DNA of 64,000 bases, from NCBI RefSeq assembly GCF_028688295.1, contig NZ_JAQTYM010000004.1:643-64642 (forward strand). Direction: 5' to 3'. Positions 45,794-55,420 of this stretch are shown in pieces. The stretch is from Sulfuricurvum sp. (GTDB lineage: Bacteria > Campylobacterota > Campylobacteria > Campylobacterales > Sulfurimonadaceae). The notes below the pieces were generated by a model. It worked only from the letters and a program-made list of their open reading frames with translations, was not told the origin of the DNA and ran no database searches. The translations under genes were made by a program, and so were the position numbers. Position 1 is the first letter of the stretch. Every line of letters starts with the position of its first letter.

Positions 45794-46213
45794 ATGAAAA
45801 AAATAGTTTTAATGCTACTGATGTGTGTAAGCATCGTGTTAAGTGCTGAGATTAAGTGGGAAAAAGATTATTCTACCGCAATCACTAAAGCAAAAGCGCT
45901 CAAGAAACCGGTGATGTTTGTTGTTTCTAATCATCATTGTCGTTTTTGTGTTCAGTTCGAAAGTACGACGTTGAAAAATCCAAAAGTTGTTCAAAAACTC
46001 AATTCCGATTTTATCAGTGCAATCGTATACATAGATGAAAATCCCATTTTTCCGCGCCATTTAAATGTTCCAGGAACACCGGGAACATGGTTTTTAAAAT
46101 CGGATGGTGAACCGATGTATGAACCTATCATGGGAGCTGTTGAGAGTGAGCAATTTGTAGGTGCACTCGATACCGTTAAGCAAGAATTCAAAAAAAGTAC
46201 AACGAGTAAGTAA
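45794..46213 (+). CDS. Periplasmic thioredoxin-fold protein (CxxC; SoxW/DsbD-associated type)
   Basis: Signal peptide, CRFC motif, GTPGTWF cis-Pro region. Confidence 0.75.
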   Translation: MKKIVLMLLMCVSIVLSAEIKWEKDYSTAITKAKALKKPVMFVVSNHHCRFCVQFESTTLKNPKVVQKLNSDFISAIVYIDENPIFPRHLNVPGTPGTWFLKSDGEPMYEPIMGAVESEQFVGALDTVKQEFKKSTTSK

Positions 46214-46224
46214 AAGGATAGTTA

Positions 46225-47517
46225 ATGACCCTAATTCATACCAATGAACCCAATTTTAAATCTGTTTTCAGTGAGCTTTTAGGGCGTGGAAAAATGGATA
46301 TGGAACATGTATCCACCATTGTTAAAGGGCTTATCGATGAGATTCGTGCTGATGATGATGCCGCATTGATACGGCATATCTCGAAATTCGATCGATGGAA
46401 CCCCTCATCCGGTGCAGAATTGCGTATTGATACGGCGGATATGAAACGTGCGTATGATGCACTCGAACCGACACTCAAAGCATCATTGCATTTGGCGTAT
46501 GACCGCATCCGCGTTTATCACGAAAAACAGCTTCCGAAAAGCTGGTTTGATACCGAGGCAAACGGAACGATTTTAGGGCAAAAAGTGACTCCGGTGGATC
46601 GTGCGGGTCTTTATATCCCCGGAGGAAAAGCGGCCTATCCTAGTTCTTTGCTTATGAATGTGATCCCCGCTCAAGTCGCAGGGGTCGAACACATTGTGGT
46701 TACTACACCTACTCCTGATAATGAGCCGAATGAACTGTTACTGGCGGCGTGTCATTTGTGCGGTGTAACTGAAGTGTTTAAAGTCGGAGGAGCGAGCGCG
46801 ATTGCGGCGATGGCGTATGGCACAGAAACGATCCCAAAAGTGGATGTTATCACAGGACCGGGAAATATTTTCGTCGCAACGGCTAAAAAAATGGTATTCG
46901 GAGAGGTTAATATCGACATGATAGCAGGACCGAGTGAGATTGGTGTGCTCGCAGATGATTCGGCGAATCCTGTACATATTGCTATTGATTTGCTTTCTCA
47001 GGCGGAACACGATGAGATGGCAAGCTCTATTTTGATCACACCGTCTCAAAAATTTGCGGATGCGTGTGCGGTCGAGATTGAAAATTGGCTCAAAAAACTT
47101 CCGCGTGAAGAGATCGCCCGCAAATCGATTGAAGAGCGTGCTGCGATTATCGTAACCGAGACGATGGAAGAGGCGGTAGCTCTGATGAACGAGATCGCCC
47201 CTGAACATCTCGAAGTAGCGACCGACAACCCTTTTGCACTTCTCCCTTCGATCAAACATGCAGGGGCGATATTCTTGGGTCACTACACTCCCGAAGCGAT
47301 CGGTGATTACGTTGCAGGACCGAATCACACCCTCCCTACCGGAGGGACAGCGAAGTTCTATTCACCGCTTGGGGTTGAGAACTTTATGAAAAAATCCTCT
47401 ATTATCTCTTTTTCACGCCAAGCGATCAATGAGATTGGTGAAGCGTGTGCACTTATAGCCCATACCGAAGGGCTTGGTGCCCATGAAGCATCGGTTCGCT
47501 GCAGATTAGATAAATAA
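46225..47517 (+). CDS. hisD: Histidinol dehydrogenase
   Basis: GLYIPGGKAAYPSS, GPGNIFVA, DMIAGPSE, LSQAEHD, APEHLE, GPNHTLPT. Confidence 0.96.
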   Translation: MTLIHTNEPNFKSVFSELLGRGKMDMEHVSTIVKGLIDEIRADDDAALIRHISKFDRWNPSSGAELRIDTADMKRAYDALEPTLKASLHLAYDRIRVYHEKQLPKSWFDTEANGTILGQKVTPVDRAGLYIPGGKAAYPSSLLMNVIPAQVAGVEHIVVTTPTPDNEPNELLLAACHLCGVTEVFKVGGASAIAAMAYGTETIPKVDVITGPGNIFVATAKKMVFGEVNIDMIAGPSEIGVLADDSANPVHIAIDLLSQAEHDEMASSILITPSQKFADACAVEIENWLKKLPREEIARKSIEERAAIIVTETMEEAVALMNEIAPEHLEVATDNPFALLPSIKHAGAIFLGHYTPEAIGDYVAGPNHTLPTGGTAKFYSPLGVENFMKKSSIISFSRQAINEIGEACALIAHTEGLGAHEASVRCRLDK

Positions 47518-47648
47518 ACCTTTCTCATTCTATCATTCCCCTTTGCGGGAAACATTTCCAAACGGTTACATATCAAAAAGTTATAGCAAAAACGGGTTTG
47601 CTTTTAGTTTCGGTTAAAGCTTATTTAGCTACTATCAACCCAGCAGAA

Positions 47649-47713
47649 ATGCCGTCAAATGCCTGTAATCACGGCATCAAATAAAGATTATTCATGTATC
47701 TTATGACATGAAT
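47649..47713 (+). promoter_or_regulatory. Two inverted repeats in the leader of the molybdoenzyme operon
   Basis: ATGCCGT/ACGGCAT (47649-47655 / 47671-47677) and ATTCATGT/ACATGAAT (47690-47697 / 47706-47713). Confidence 0.45.
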
Positions 47714-47746
47714 GGCAGCAACGTGAGTTAGGAATAAGGAGAATAT

Positions 47747-48382
47747 ATGCAATTGGGTTTCTTGGTAGACCTTCGCCTATGTATGGGGTGTAAGGGCTGT
47801 GAGATCGCATGTAAGGTGGAAAACGAAGTTCCACTAAGTACATGGCGTCTACGTGTCAAATATGTTGATGTGGGAACATTCCCAGAGACCAAGCGGACAT
47901 TTACACCGCTTCGCTGTAATCATTGTGCCAATGCACCGTGTGAACGTATTTGCCCGGTTAGTGCGTTGCACTATCTTGAAAATGGCATCGTTAATATCGA
48001 TAAAGAGCGCTGTATCGGATGTGCAGGGTGTGTTCTGGCGTGCCCATACGGTGCGATCTACATCGATCCTCAAACCCAAACAGCTGATAAATGTACCTAT
48101 TGTGCACACCGTGTTGCCAGTTCAATGATGCCATCATGTGTTGTAGCGTGTCCGGTAGAGGCGAATATTTTCGGTGATTTGGATGATCCGATGTCAAACA
48201 TCAGTAAATACATTCAATCTCATCAAGGGAACGTACAAGTGCGTAAACCGGAAAAAGGTACATTCCCTCACCATTATTACGTCGGTGGCGGTAACGTAAC
48301 GTTGAACCCGCTAGCATCGTTCAGAGGCGAGGGGCACAATCTCTTCAATAATCTTAAACATCTCCCTATAGGAGGGCACTAA
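47747..48382 (+). CDS. 4x[4Fe-4S] electron-transfer subunit (PsrB/TtrB/NrfC family)
   Basis: CMGCKGCEIAC, CNHCANAPCERICP, CIGCAGCVLACPY, KCTYC...CVVACP. Confidence 0.93.
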   Translation: MQLGFLVDLRLCMGCKGCEIACKVENEVPLSTWRLRVKYVDVGTFPETKRTFTPLRCNHCANAPCERICPVSALHYLENGIVNIDKERCIGCAGCVLACPYGAIYIDPQTQTADKCTYCAHRVASSMMPSCVVACPVEANIFGDLDDPMSNISKYIQSHQGNVQVRKPEKGTFPHHYYVGGGNVTLNPLASFRGEGHNLFNNLKHLPIGGH

Positions 48383-49281
48383 TGGTACACGAAACAATAG
48401 CGGCAACAAACGCGGTTGTAACTCTTGACGTTGCTCTTCCGGGAATCGTTTGGGGTTGGATTATTACCATGAACATGTGGGCAAAAAGTATCGGTACGGG
48501 GATTATTTTCCTCGGATTTTATTTGCTTAAAAAACACCCTGAGCAAACCGGATTTATCCGTTTTCCCGTAGTGGCGATTTCGATCGTATTTATCCATATT
48601 TTCTTGTTCTTTACGGTCATCGATTTGCACCAAATGTTCCGCTTCTGGCATATTTTCTTCTATCCACATTTGACATCGGCGATTACGATCGGTGCATGGA
48701 TGGCAACAGGTTTCGTAGGATTGCTCCTTGCAATGGCGTACTCCATCTATATGAAAAAAGATGAAGCGATGTATGATAAGCTCCTCGGATGGACCGTACT
48801 TTTAGCTATTCCGGTAACGTTGTATACTGCGGGACTTATGGCACAATCAACAGCGCGTGAGTTGTGGCAAATGCCGACAGAATCGGCGCAAATGATATTA
48901 GCGGCACTTTTAGCGGGATCGGCTACGATGATTCTCCTCGGCGGAAATAAATTCTCTGACGCAGTGAAAAAAGATTTGGCGATTGTTTTGGGACTTAGCG
49001 CTGCGGCGGCATTTATCCTTTATATGGCAGAGATCATTTTTGGTCCTATGAAAGCTGAAGAGGTTGCAGCGGTTCTCCATTACATCAAAGGCGGCGAATA
49101 CACCGTTATGTTCTGGATCGGTCAAGTGATGGCATTCTTGGTTCCAATGGCTTTAGTATGTCTAAGCCTCAAAAATCAATCGTATTATTTGCTGAAAATT
49201 GCTGCGGTATCAGCATTGATCGGCTTGTGGGTGAGCAAACACGTTTGGCTCGTTATTCCACAATTGTTACCAATGAGCTAA
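48382..49281 (+). CDS. NrfD/PsrC-family membrane anchor (quinol site)
   Basis: About 8 TM helices, DLHQMFRFW, SAITIGAW, YTAGLMAQS..RELW; position between the Fe-S and Mo subunits. Confidence 0.88.
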   Translation: MVHETIAATNAVVTLDVALPGIVWGWIITMNMWAKSIGTGIIFLGFYLLKKHPEQTGFIRFPVVAISIVFIHIFLFFTVIDLHQMFRFWHIFFYPHLTSAITIGAWMATGFVGLLLAMAYSIYMKKDEAMYDKLLGWTVLLAIPVTLYTAGLMAQSTARELWQMPTESAQMILAALLAGSATMILLGGNKFSDAVKKDLAIVLGLSAAAAFILYMAEIIFGPMKAEEVAAVLHYIKGGEYTVMFWIGQVMAFLVPMALVCLSLKNQSYYLLKIAAVSALIGLWVSKHVWLVIPQLLPMS

Positions 49282-49293
49282 AGAGGATTAACT

Positions 49294-52200
49294 ATGATGT
49301 ATTTAGAAAGTAGAAGAACATTTTTAAAAGGGACCGCACTCACCGTAGCGGGTGCCGCAATCGCTAAAGGGGTTTTTACCGTTGATGCGGCGGCTGAATC
49401 GGTAAAAGAGAGCAAATTTACCAATACACCGGATACTCTTTCGTTCTATCCTCCACAAGATCAATGGAATCACTTCCAAGAACTTAGCGGGGTAGACTGG
49501 AAACGTGGCGGTATCGATCGTCACGGTGTTCAAAGTGAAAATAATCCAGACGGTATCTACGTCAACGATTTTATGATTGTTCCGACAGCGTGTTCAAACT
49601 GTGAAGCGGCATGCGGACTTACGGCATGGATTGACAAAAAGACCTTTACCGTTAAAAAATATATGGGTAACCCGCTTCACCCCGGCTCACGCGGTCGTAA
49701 CTGTGCCAAAGGGTACGCGGTTCAATCGCAAATGTACGATCCGGATCGTATCCCGTTTCCATTGAAACGTGCACCGGGCTCTAAGCGTGGTGAGGGAAAA
49801 TGGATCCGTACAACGTGGGATGAGGCGATGAGCACTATCGGTAAAAAAATGGCCGATACTATCCGAAAAGGGGATCTACTCTCTAAAAAATCGGTGATGT
49901 ACCATGTCGGTCGCCCGAATGAGAATGGATTTGTTCCACAAATTTGGGAAACATTAGGTCTTGACTCGTACAACTCCCATACCAACATCTGTTCTTCCAA
50001 TGGTCGTACTCCGACGATTTGGACAGCAAATGATGACCGAACCAGTCCAGACTGGGCAAATGCGAAATTAATTTTCTTGAACTCTTCTCATGCAGCGGAC
50101 GCGGGTCACTACTTTCAACAATCGGCTAGTTTTATTGCGGATGCCCGTAAAAAAGGTGCCAGACTTGTTGTTATGGACCCTCGTATGTCAAACTCTGCGG
50201 GGATGTCGGATTTGTGGATTGCGGCATGGCCTGGGACGGAAGCGGCAATTTATCTCTATTTGGCAAACCGTATTCTCAATGAAAATATGACCGACAAAAA
50301 GTTTGTCAAAAAATGGTTCAACTGGGAAACGTTGATGAACGATTCTGAGCATCTTAACTTTATGCTTGAAAAAGGTCAAATCACCAAGCTTCCAGCAGAT
50401 CGCAGTTTTGAAAGTTATATGGAATTGCTCAAAGACATGTATGCTCCCTATACCCTTGATTATGCGGTAAAAGAGACCCATGTTCCGGCGTATAAACTTG
50501 AAAAACTCTATGAGATGTTTATTTGGGCTGGCGATGCGATCTCTACGTATATCTGGCGTGCAGCGGCTGCGGGTAACCGTGGTGCATGGATGGGTGGACG
50601 TGCGGCCTATTTCTGTATCGGTCTTCGCGGAGCTATCGGAACTGAGGGAGGAACCTTCTTCCACCACTGGCACGTTATTTCCGTTTCCGGTAAAGGGGGT
50701 AGCTCTACCGTAGGTCAAGGGATTTCCGGTGCCGATGTACCGAAAGTTCAAGCTTATAATGAGCTTACATGGCCACCGGAATGGCCGTTGTCAACGTATG
50801 AACTTTCATATCTTCTCCCCCATCTTTTGAGTGATACGGCGTGGCAGAAAAAATGGAATGATCGCGGCTTAACAGTACCAAGTAAACTTGCGGTATGGAT
50901 TCCTCGTATGTACAATCCGGTGTGGATTAATCCGGACGGATTCCGTTGGATCGAAGTACTCAAAGATGAGTCAAAAATGGAACTTACCATGAATCTCTCG
51001 CCGGTATGGTCGGAGACAAACTGGTACATGGACTATGTTCTCCCTGTCGGACTTGCGGGTGAGCGTCATGACCAACACTCTGAAGCAACGATGCCGGCAC
51101 GATGGACAAGTTTCCGTCAACCGGTACTGCGTGTAGCATTGGAAAAATCGGGTTGGAAACCGAAAAATCCGGCTCGTGCAACTCTTGAAGCGCACATTAA
51201 AGCAGGCCTTGGTGAAGTATGGGAAGAGAATGAGTTCTGGTTCCAATTGTGTACCGATTATATCGATCCAGACGGTTCTCTCGGTGTCCGAAAAATGTGG
51301 GAATCCAAGCGCCATCCGGGCAAAACTGTTACCATCGCTGAGTGGTACGATGCGGCGTTCGGGGATAACTTGCCAAAACTCAAAGAGACGGCAACCAATG
51401 ATCCACGTTATATGAACGAAGAGTTCCCGGTTTACTCGTATCTCCGTGATTACGGTGTGTGGATGGAAGAGGATAAAATCTTCAACGCACAAGAACGTGA
51501 ACTTAAATTTGAAGACGGTGAAGTAGTTTCACACGGTCATAAATTTGCAGCACACACAATGAGTGTCGGTGCAGGCGGTGTTATCTCTGCACAAGATCAC
51601 AACGGCAAAGAGAAAAAAATCGGTATCGAAATCGACGGTAAGAAAATGGAAGGATTTGCAACTCTAACCAAAAAATTAGAGTTCTATACTCAATGGGCGA
51701 CCGATTGGAAGTGGAGAGAGTACGCTATGCCGTTCTATCCGCGTAATGATGAGGAGAAAAATGAGTACGTTCACTTGGTTTCTCATGTCAACCACAAATA
51801 TATGACGGAAGAGAACTCATTTGCGCTCAATACGGTATTCCGTTTGCCGTATAACATTCATACCCGTTCAGCAAACTCGAAACATCTTATGGAGATTAGC
51901 CAAAACCATGACCCAATCTGGATTTCGACTAAAGATGCACAGCGTCTCGGATTCAAACGCGGTGATGCAATCCGTGTCCGTATCGTCGATACCGTTTCAG
52001 GGTTAGAGGGTGGACATTTCGTTGCAATGGCGGTTCCTACTGAGGGTGTTCTTCCGGGTACACTCGCGTGTTCACACCACGGCGGACGCTGGAAACTTAC
52101 CAATGCGGTTACGATTCCAAATGGCGTTAGCGATGGAAAAGTGGCACCGGGTGTAGCTCCTCGTGATTTGAACAACAAAGAGTTCCTTGCTGAATCTCCG

Positions 52201-52686
52201 GCGAATGTCGGTAAAGCAGGTGGACAAAGCATTATCGATAATTATGAGGGGACTACGGGGCTTAATAGCTTCGGTGTTCCGGTCGCTGAGATCCAAATGG
52301 ATGGCAAAGTAGGTAAACTCAAATATGTTGAGGGGATCAAACCCTTCCATACAGAACGTTTTGCCGATTACAACCGAGATTCGGGCAATATCTGGTGGGA
52401 TGGTTTGAGCGGTTCATGGCAAAATGCCGTTGCAGCTCCACATCCAGACCCGGTTTCAGGTATGCACTGCTGGCACCATAAAGTTCTACTAGAGCCGGCT
52501 CAGGCGGGTGATAAAATCGGGGATATTTTCGTAAACTACGATAATAACTTTAAAGTCTATCAAGCATGGAGAGATACATTGACTCGCGGATTGGATGCAA
52601 ATTCAACCCTTCGTCGTCCTCGCCACATCAAACGCCCATGGGTCAATCTCGATCCATCGGTTTATGAGGTCAGTATCAAGTCGTAA
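49294..52686 (+). CDS. Tat-exported DMSO-reductase-family molybdo-bis(MGD) catalytic subunit (Psr/Phs/Ttr/Arr clade), 1130 aa
   Basis: SRRTFLK Tat motif; FS0 motif CSNCEAAC...CAKG; HTNIC with putative Cys Mo ligand; VVMDPRMS; molydopterin-binding C-terminal domain (WISTKDAQRLG). Confidence 0.92.
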   Translation: MMYLESRRTFLKGTALTVAGAAIAKGVFTVDAAAESVKESKFTNTPDTLSFYPPQDQWNHFQELSGVDWKRGGIDRHGVQSENNPDGIYVNDFMIVPTACSNCEAACGLTAWIDKKTFTVKKYMGNPLHPGSRGRNCAKGYAVQSQMYDPDRIPFPLKRAPGSKRGEGKWIRTTWDEAMSTIGKKMADTIRKGDLLSKKSVMYHVGRPNENGFVPQIWETLGLDSYNSHTNICSSNGRTPTIWTANDDRTSPDWANAKLIFLNSSHAADAGHYFQQSASFIADARKKGARLVVMDPRMSNSAGMSDLWIAAWPGTEAAIYLYLANRILNENMTDKKFVKKWFNWETLMNDSEHLNFMLEKGQITKLPADRSFESYMELLKDMYAPYTLDYAVKETHVPAYKLEKLYEMFIWAGDAISTYIWRAAAAGNRGAWMGGRAAYFCIGLRGAIGTEGGTFFHHWHVISVSGKGGSSTVGQGISGADVPKVQAYNELTWPPEWPLSTYELSYLLPHLLSDTAWQKKWNDRGLTVPSKLAVWIPRMYNPVWINPDGFRWIEVLKDESKMELTMNLSPVWSETNWYMDYVLPVGLAGERHDQHSEATMPARWTSFRQPVLRVALEKSGWKPKNPARATLEAHIKAGLGEVWEENEFWFQLCTDYIDPDGSLGVRKMWESKRHPGKTVTIAEWYDAAFGDNLPKLKETATNDPRYMNEEFPVYSYLRDYGVWMEEDKIFNAQERELKFEDGEVVSHGHKFAAHTMSVGAGGVISAQDHNGKEKKIGIEIDGKKMEGFATLTKKLEFYTQWATDWKWREYAMPFYPRNDEEKNEYVHLVSHVNHKYMTEENSFALNTVFRLPYNIHTRSANSKHLMEISQNHDPIWISTKDAQRLGFKRGDAIRVRIVDTVSGLEGGHFVAMAVPTEGVLPGTLACSHHGGRWKLTNAVTIPNGVSDGKVAPGVAPRDLNNKEFLAESPANVGKAGGQSIIDNYEGTTGLNSFGVPVAEIQMDGKVGKLKYVEGIKPFHTERFADYNRDSGNIWWDGLSGSWQNAVAAPHPDPVSGMHCWHHKVLLEPAQAGDKIGDIFVNYDNNFKVYQAWRDTLTRGLDANSTLRRPRHIKRPWVNLDPSVYEVSIKS

Positions 52687-52778
52687 GGCTTGATATCCAC
52701 CCCTTATAATCTCCACCTCTTATGCGCTTTTCAGCGGTATAAGCTACAATCACGTTTACTTTATTAAAGGTCATTTTT

Positions 52779-53396
52779 ATGGATGAAATTATCGCACGCA
52801 GTAATTTATACGCGTTGTTATCACGAATATTACTCCAAGAGTTGGATGTGGAGCGTTTGGAAATTTTACGAAATGACGAAACAGTTTTAGAATTTATGCC
52901 CCATTGGCGTGATTGGGAACCTCGTAAAAATATCGAAGCGCAACAGCTTTTAGAAGAGTATTTGAATCCTGATTTTACGAACCTCTCTTTGCTCCATTTG
53001 GTCCCGTATGAGACTTTTTATACACGAAGTGACCAAATGATCGAGACAGGTGGTGCTAACCCCGTTACCGACATCTATAGCGCGTATGATTTTCTCGTTG
53101 ATTATGAAGTAGCACGTGTTGTCTCTTCGGATCATATCGGTATCGAAATGGAGTTTATGCACCATTTGTGTGAAGCACAGGTAAAAGCATTCGAACAAGC
53201 CGATCATGAAGCAGTACAAGAATTGATCAATGTTCAGTATAACTTTTTAAACTCCCATTTGTTGAAATGGGCACCAATGTATCTGATCAACATGAAATAC
53301 GAATCCCGTACACCTCTGTATTATGATACGGCTGAGATGGCATTGGAATTTATCCTCTCTGATAACGAAACATTGAGTGCTCTGGTAGCTGCGTGA
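52779..53396 (+). CDS. TorD/DmsD-family molybdoenzyme maturation chaperone
   Basis: PYETFY, SSDHIGIEMEFM, HLLKW. Confidence 0.9.
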   Translation: MDEIIARSNLYALLSRILLQELDVERLEILRNDETVLEFMPHWRDWEPRKNIEAQQLLEEYLNPDFTNLSLLHLVPYETFYTRSDQMIETGGANPVTDIYSAYDFLVDYEVARVVSSDHIGIEMEFMHHLCEAQVKAFEQADHEAVQELINVQYNFLNSHLLKWAPMYLINMKYESRTPLYYDTAEMALEFILSDNETLSALVAA

Positions 53397-54490
53397 GTCT
53401 ACTAGAGCTATCACCCGCACGATGCGTCCGCGCCTTGAGTGTAAACTCACTCTGCTCGCTATGTGCAGATGTTTGTCCTACAAATGCCATTGCATTAGGC
53501 GGACGCCTCCCCTCGATCAACCAATCTCTCTGTGTCGGATGTTCAGGGTGTGTTAGCGTATGTCCGAGTGAAGCGCTGGTATTGGATGATTTTAATCCGA
53601 CGGAGTTTTTCTTTAGCTTCGCCTCGGAAGAGGGGAATCTGGTATCGTGCCAAAAAAATCTCCCTTGTATCGCTGCTCTTTCATGTGAGCATTTGATATC
53701 ATTGTGCAGCCTTAAAAAAGGGTTGCTTCTTGATATAGGTCATTGCAGTGGTTGTGACATCGGTACCAAAGTGCTAGAAGTGATGGAGGAGAGAATCCAG
53801 AGTGCAAATTATCTCCTCGAAGCGATAGAGGTAGAGAGCCGCGTTGTCTCTGAAGATATCGGCTATCGTAGTAGCGAGGTAGATGAGCATAAAGATCGGA
53901 GAGATTTTTTCAAAACGTTTCATCTGCGTGGGATGGCGAAAGCCAAACATGATTTTGACAAAGAGGTACAAAGCACGACCGATGAATTTGTCGAAATGAG
54001 GATAGAGAGTTCTCATACCCAAGAGCTACGGACGAAAAAGATTACGGATCGTCGAAAACTCTTTTTTACGGCATTGAAGCGGGTAGATAAACCATCGCAG
54101 TTTCATGTCGTTGATGGAGCCATGATCTCTTTTACCTCTCAGAAAATCATGGATGAGGCTAAATGCACCGCCTGTCAGATGTGTTATCGTGTTTGCCCTA
54201 CGGCGGCACTAACGTCGGATATGCGCAACTCTCGAATCGATTTTGACCCGTTTTTATGTGTCAAATGCCATTTGTGCCATGACGTCTGTGAAAGTGATGC
54301 GATCAGTGTCTCAACCTCGTATAATCTCACCGAGTGGTTTGAACCAAAGGTGCAAAATCTCATCACCTTTTTGGTGCGTCGATGCGATGAGTGTGATGCT
54401 CTTTTTAGCTCAGTAGGCGGTGAAAAAATTTGCCGTCGTTGTCAACTCGAAGAGGAAGAAGCTTTAGAATTGTGGGGATTGAATAAATGA
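53393..54490 (+). CDS. Polyferredoxin-like 4Fe-4S protein
   Basis: CSLCADVCP, CVGCSGCVSVCP, CTACQMCYRVCP, CVKCHLCHDVC, plus CDEC/CRRC. Confidence 0.88.
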   Translation: MSLLELSPARCVRALSVNSLCSLCADVCPTNAIALGGRLPSINQSLCVGCSGCVSVCPSEALVLDDFNPTEFFFSFASEEGNLVSCQKNLPCIAALSCEHLISLCSLKKGLLLDIGHCSGCDIGTKVLEVMEERIQSANYLLEAIEVESRVVSEDIGYRSSEVDEHKDRRDFFKTFHLRGMAKAKHDFDKEVQSTTDEFVEMRIESSHTQELRTKKITDRRKLFFTALKRVDKPSQFHVVDGAMISFTSQKIMDEAKCTACQMCYRVCPTAALTSDMRNSRIDFDPFLCVKCHLCHDVCESDAISVSTSYNLTEWFEPKVQNLITFLVRRCDECDALFSSVGGEKICRRCQLEEEEALELWGLNK

Positions 54491-54924
54491 TGAACAACGA
54501 TAACTCAATTACAGTAATGACGAAACTTTATGGGTATATTGCCGAAAATGCACATAGCAGTCGCTTCTCAGTTACTCTGAATAAGCTTTATAAAGAGACC
54601 GGGATTGACGCAATGATGATTCCGATGAATATACGTAGCGATGATGTTACCTTTACAATATCCCAAATGCGCAGTTCTAAACTGAACGGTGCCCTAATAG
54701 GGAGTGAGTACCAAGAAGAGGCACTATCATTGGTCGATGAAGCCTCTAGTGAGGCTTTAGAGGGGGGCTATTGCGACTCTATTATGATACGTGAGGGGAA
54801 ATTGATCGGTGATTTGATCATGCCGAGAGCATTAGAACGCTATGCCGATCGAGACGATTTTGTGGATGATGTCGCGATGCGCTCACAGTGTCACTATTTT
54901 TATGATTTAACTACAGGAGAATAA
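54487..54924 (+). CDS. Shikimate-dehydrogenase substrate-binding-domain-like protein, catalytically degenerate
   Basis: YGYIAENAHSSRFS...G.DA...NGALIGSEYQE...L.DE.S.EA...CDSI...GKLIGD aligns with the AroE N-terminal domain; PxK lysine, NTD motif and the NADP domain are missing. Confidence 0.6.
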   Translation: MMNNDNSITVMTKLYGYIAENAHSSRFSVTLNKLYKETGIDAMMIPMNIRSDDVTFTISQMRSSKLNGALIGSEYQEEALSLVDEASSEALEGGYCDSIMIREGKLIGDLIMPRALERYADRDDFVDDVAMRSQCHYFYDLTTGE

Positions 54925-54925
54925 A

Positions 54926-55420
54926 ATGAAAGCAAACGATTTTAGCGATTTAAAGGCTGAATTTGATGAATTTGTGCGGGGAAAATGTGATAGCGGAAGC
55001 TGTGATACATCAACAGAAGAGAATAATCCTGATGATGAACCAGTCCCGAGTTTTGTGGATGAACTCTCCGATAAGCTCTTAGCCCCTTATCATAGCGGAG
55101 TCTATTTTTCACGCCTTGATATCAAGCGCGTTGCCGAGGCAGTCGATGAGTCGATTCCGATCAAAGAGCGTAAAAAAATGATCAAAGCACTCTTTCGTCA
55201 CACGACATCAAAAGGGTATTTACGCTCGGCGTTTGATGAGTTTAATCGTCATTTCGGCGGTCGTATTTTGATCTATCAAGAGCTCTCTGAAGCGTTTCCA
55301 GCCTCAAAAACACTCTTTGATGAGAATATCGCTAAAATTAAAAAGACACAAAAAATGCTTGATCAGATTGTAGAGGATTTCGAAGAGATCGAACCCACTG
55401 ATGAGCCGATGATGATTTAA
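54926..55420 (+). CDS. Acidic hypothetical protein, last gene of the molybdoenzyme operon
   Basis: AGGAG SD, 1 nt after the previous stop; CDSGSC motif near the N-terminus. Confidence 0.7.
   Translation: MKANDFSDLKAEFDEFVRGKCDSGSCDTSTEENNPDDEPVPSFVDELSDKLLAPYHSGVYFSRLDIKRVAEAVDESIPIKERKKMIKALFRHTTSKGYLRSAFDEFNRHFGGRILIYQELSEAFPASKTLFDENIAKIKKTQKMLDQIVEDFEEIEPTDEPMMI

Noticed and set aside
46236-52350. Numerous 60-200 aa antisense ORFs over hisD and the molybdoenzyme genes (e.g. 46738-47328, 50188-50751, 50971-51492)
   Set aside because: Fully overlap well-supported genes on the other strand and show no motifs; expected from codon bias.
3269-52686. Selenocysteine recoding in the two molybdoenzymes
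   Set aside because: Both ORFs are uninterrupted and have Cys codons at the putative Mo-ligand positions.
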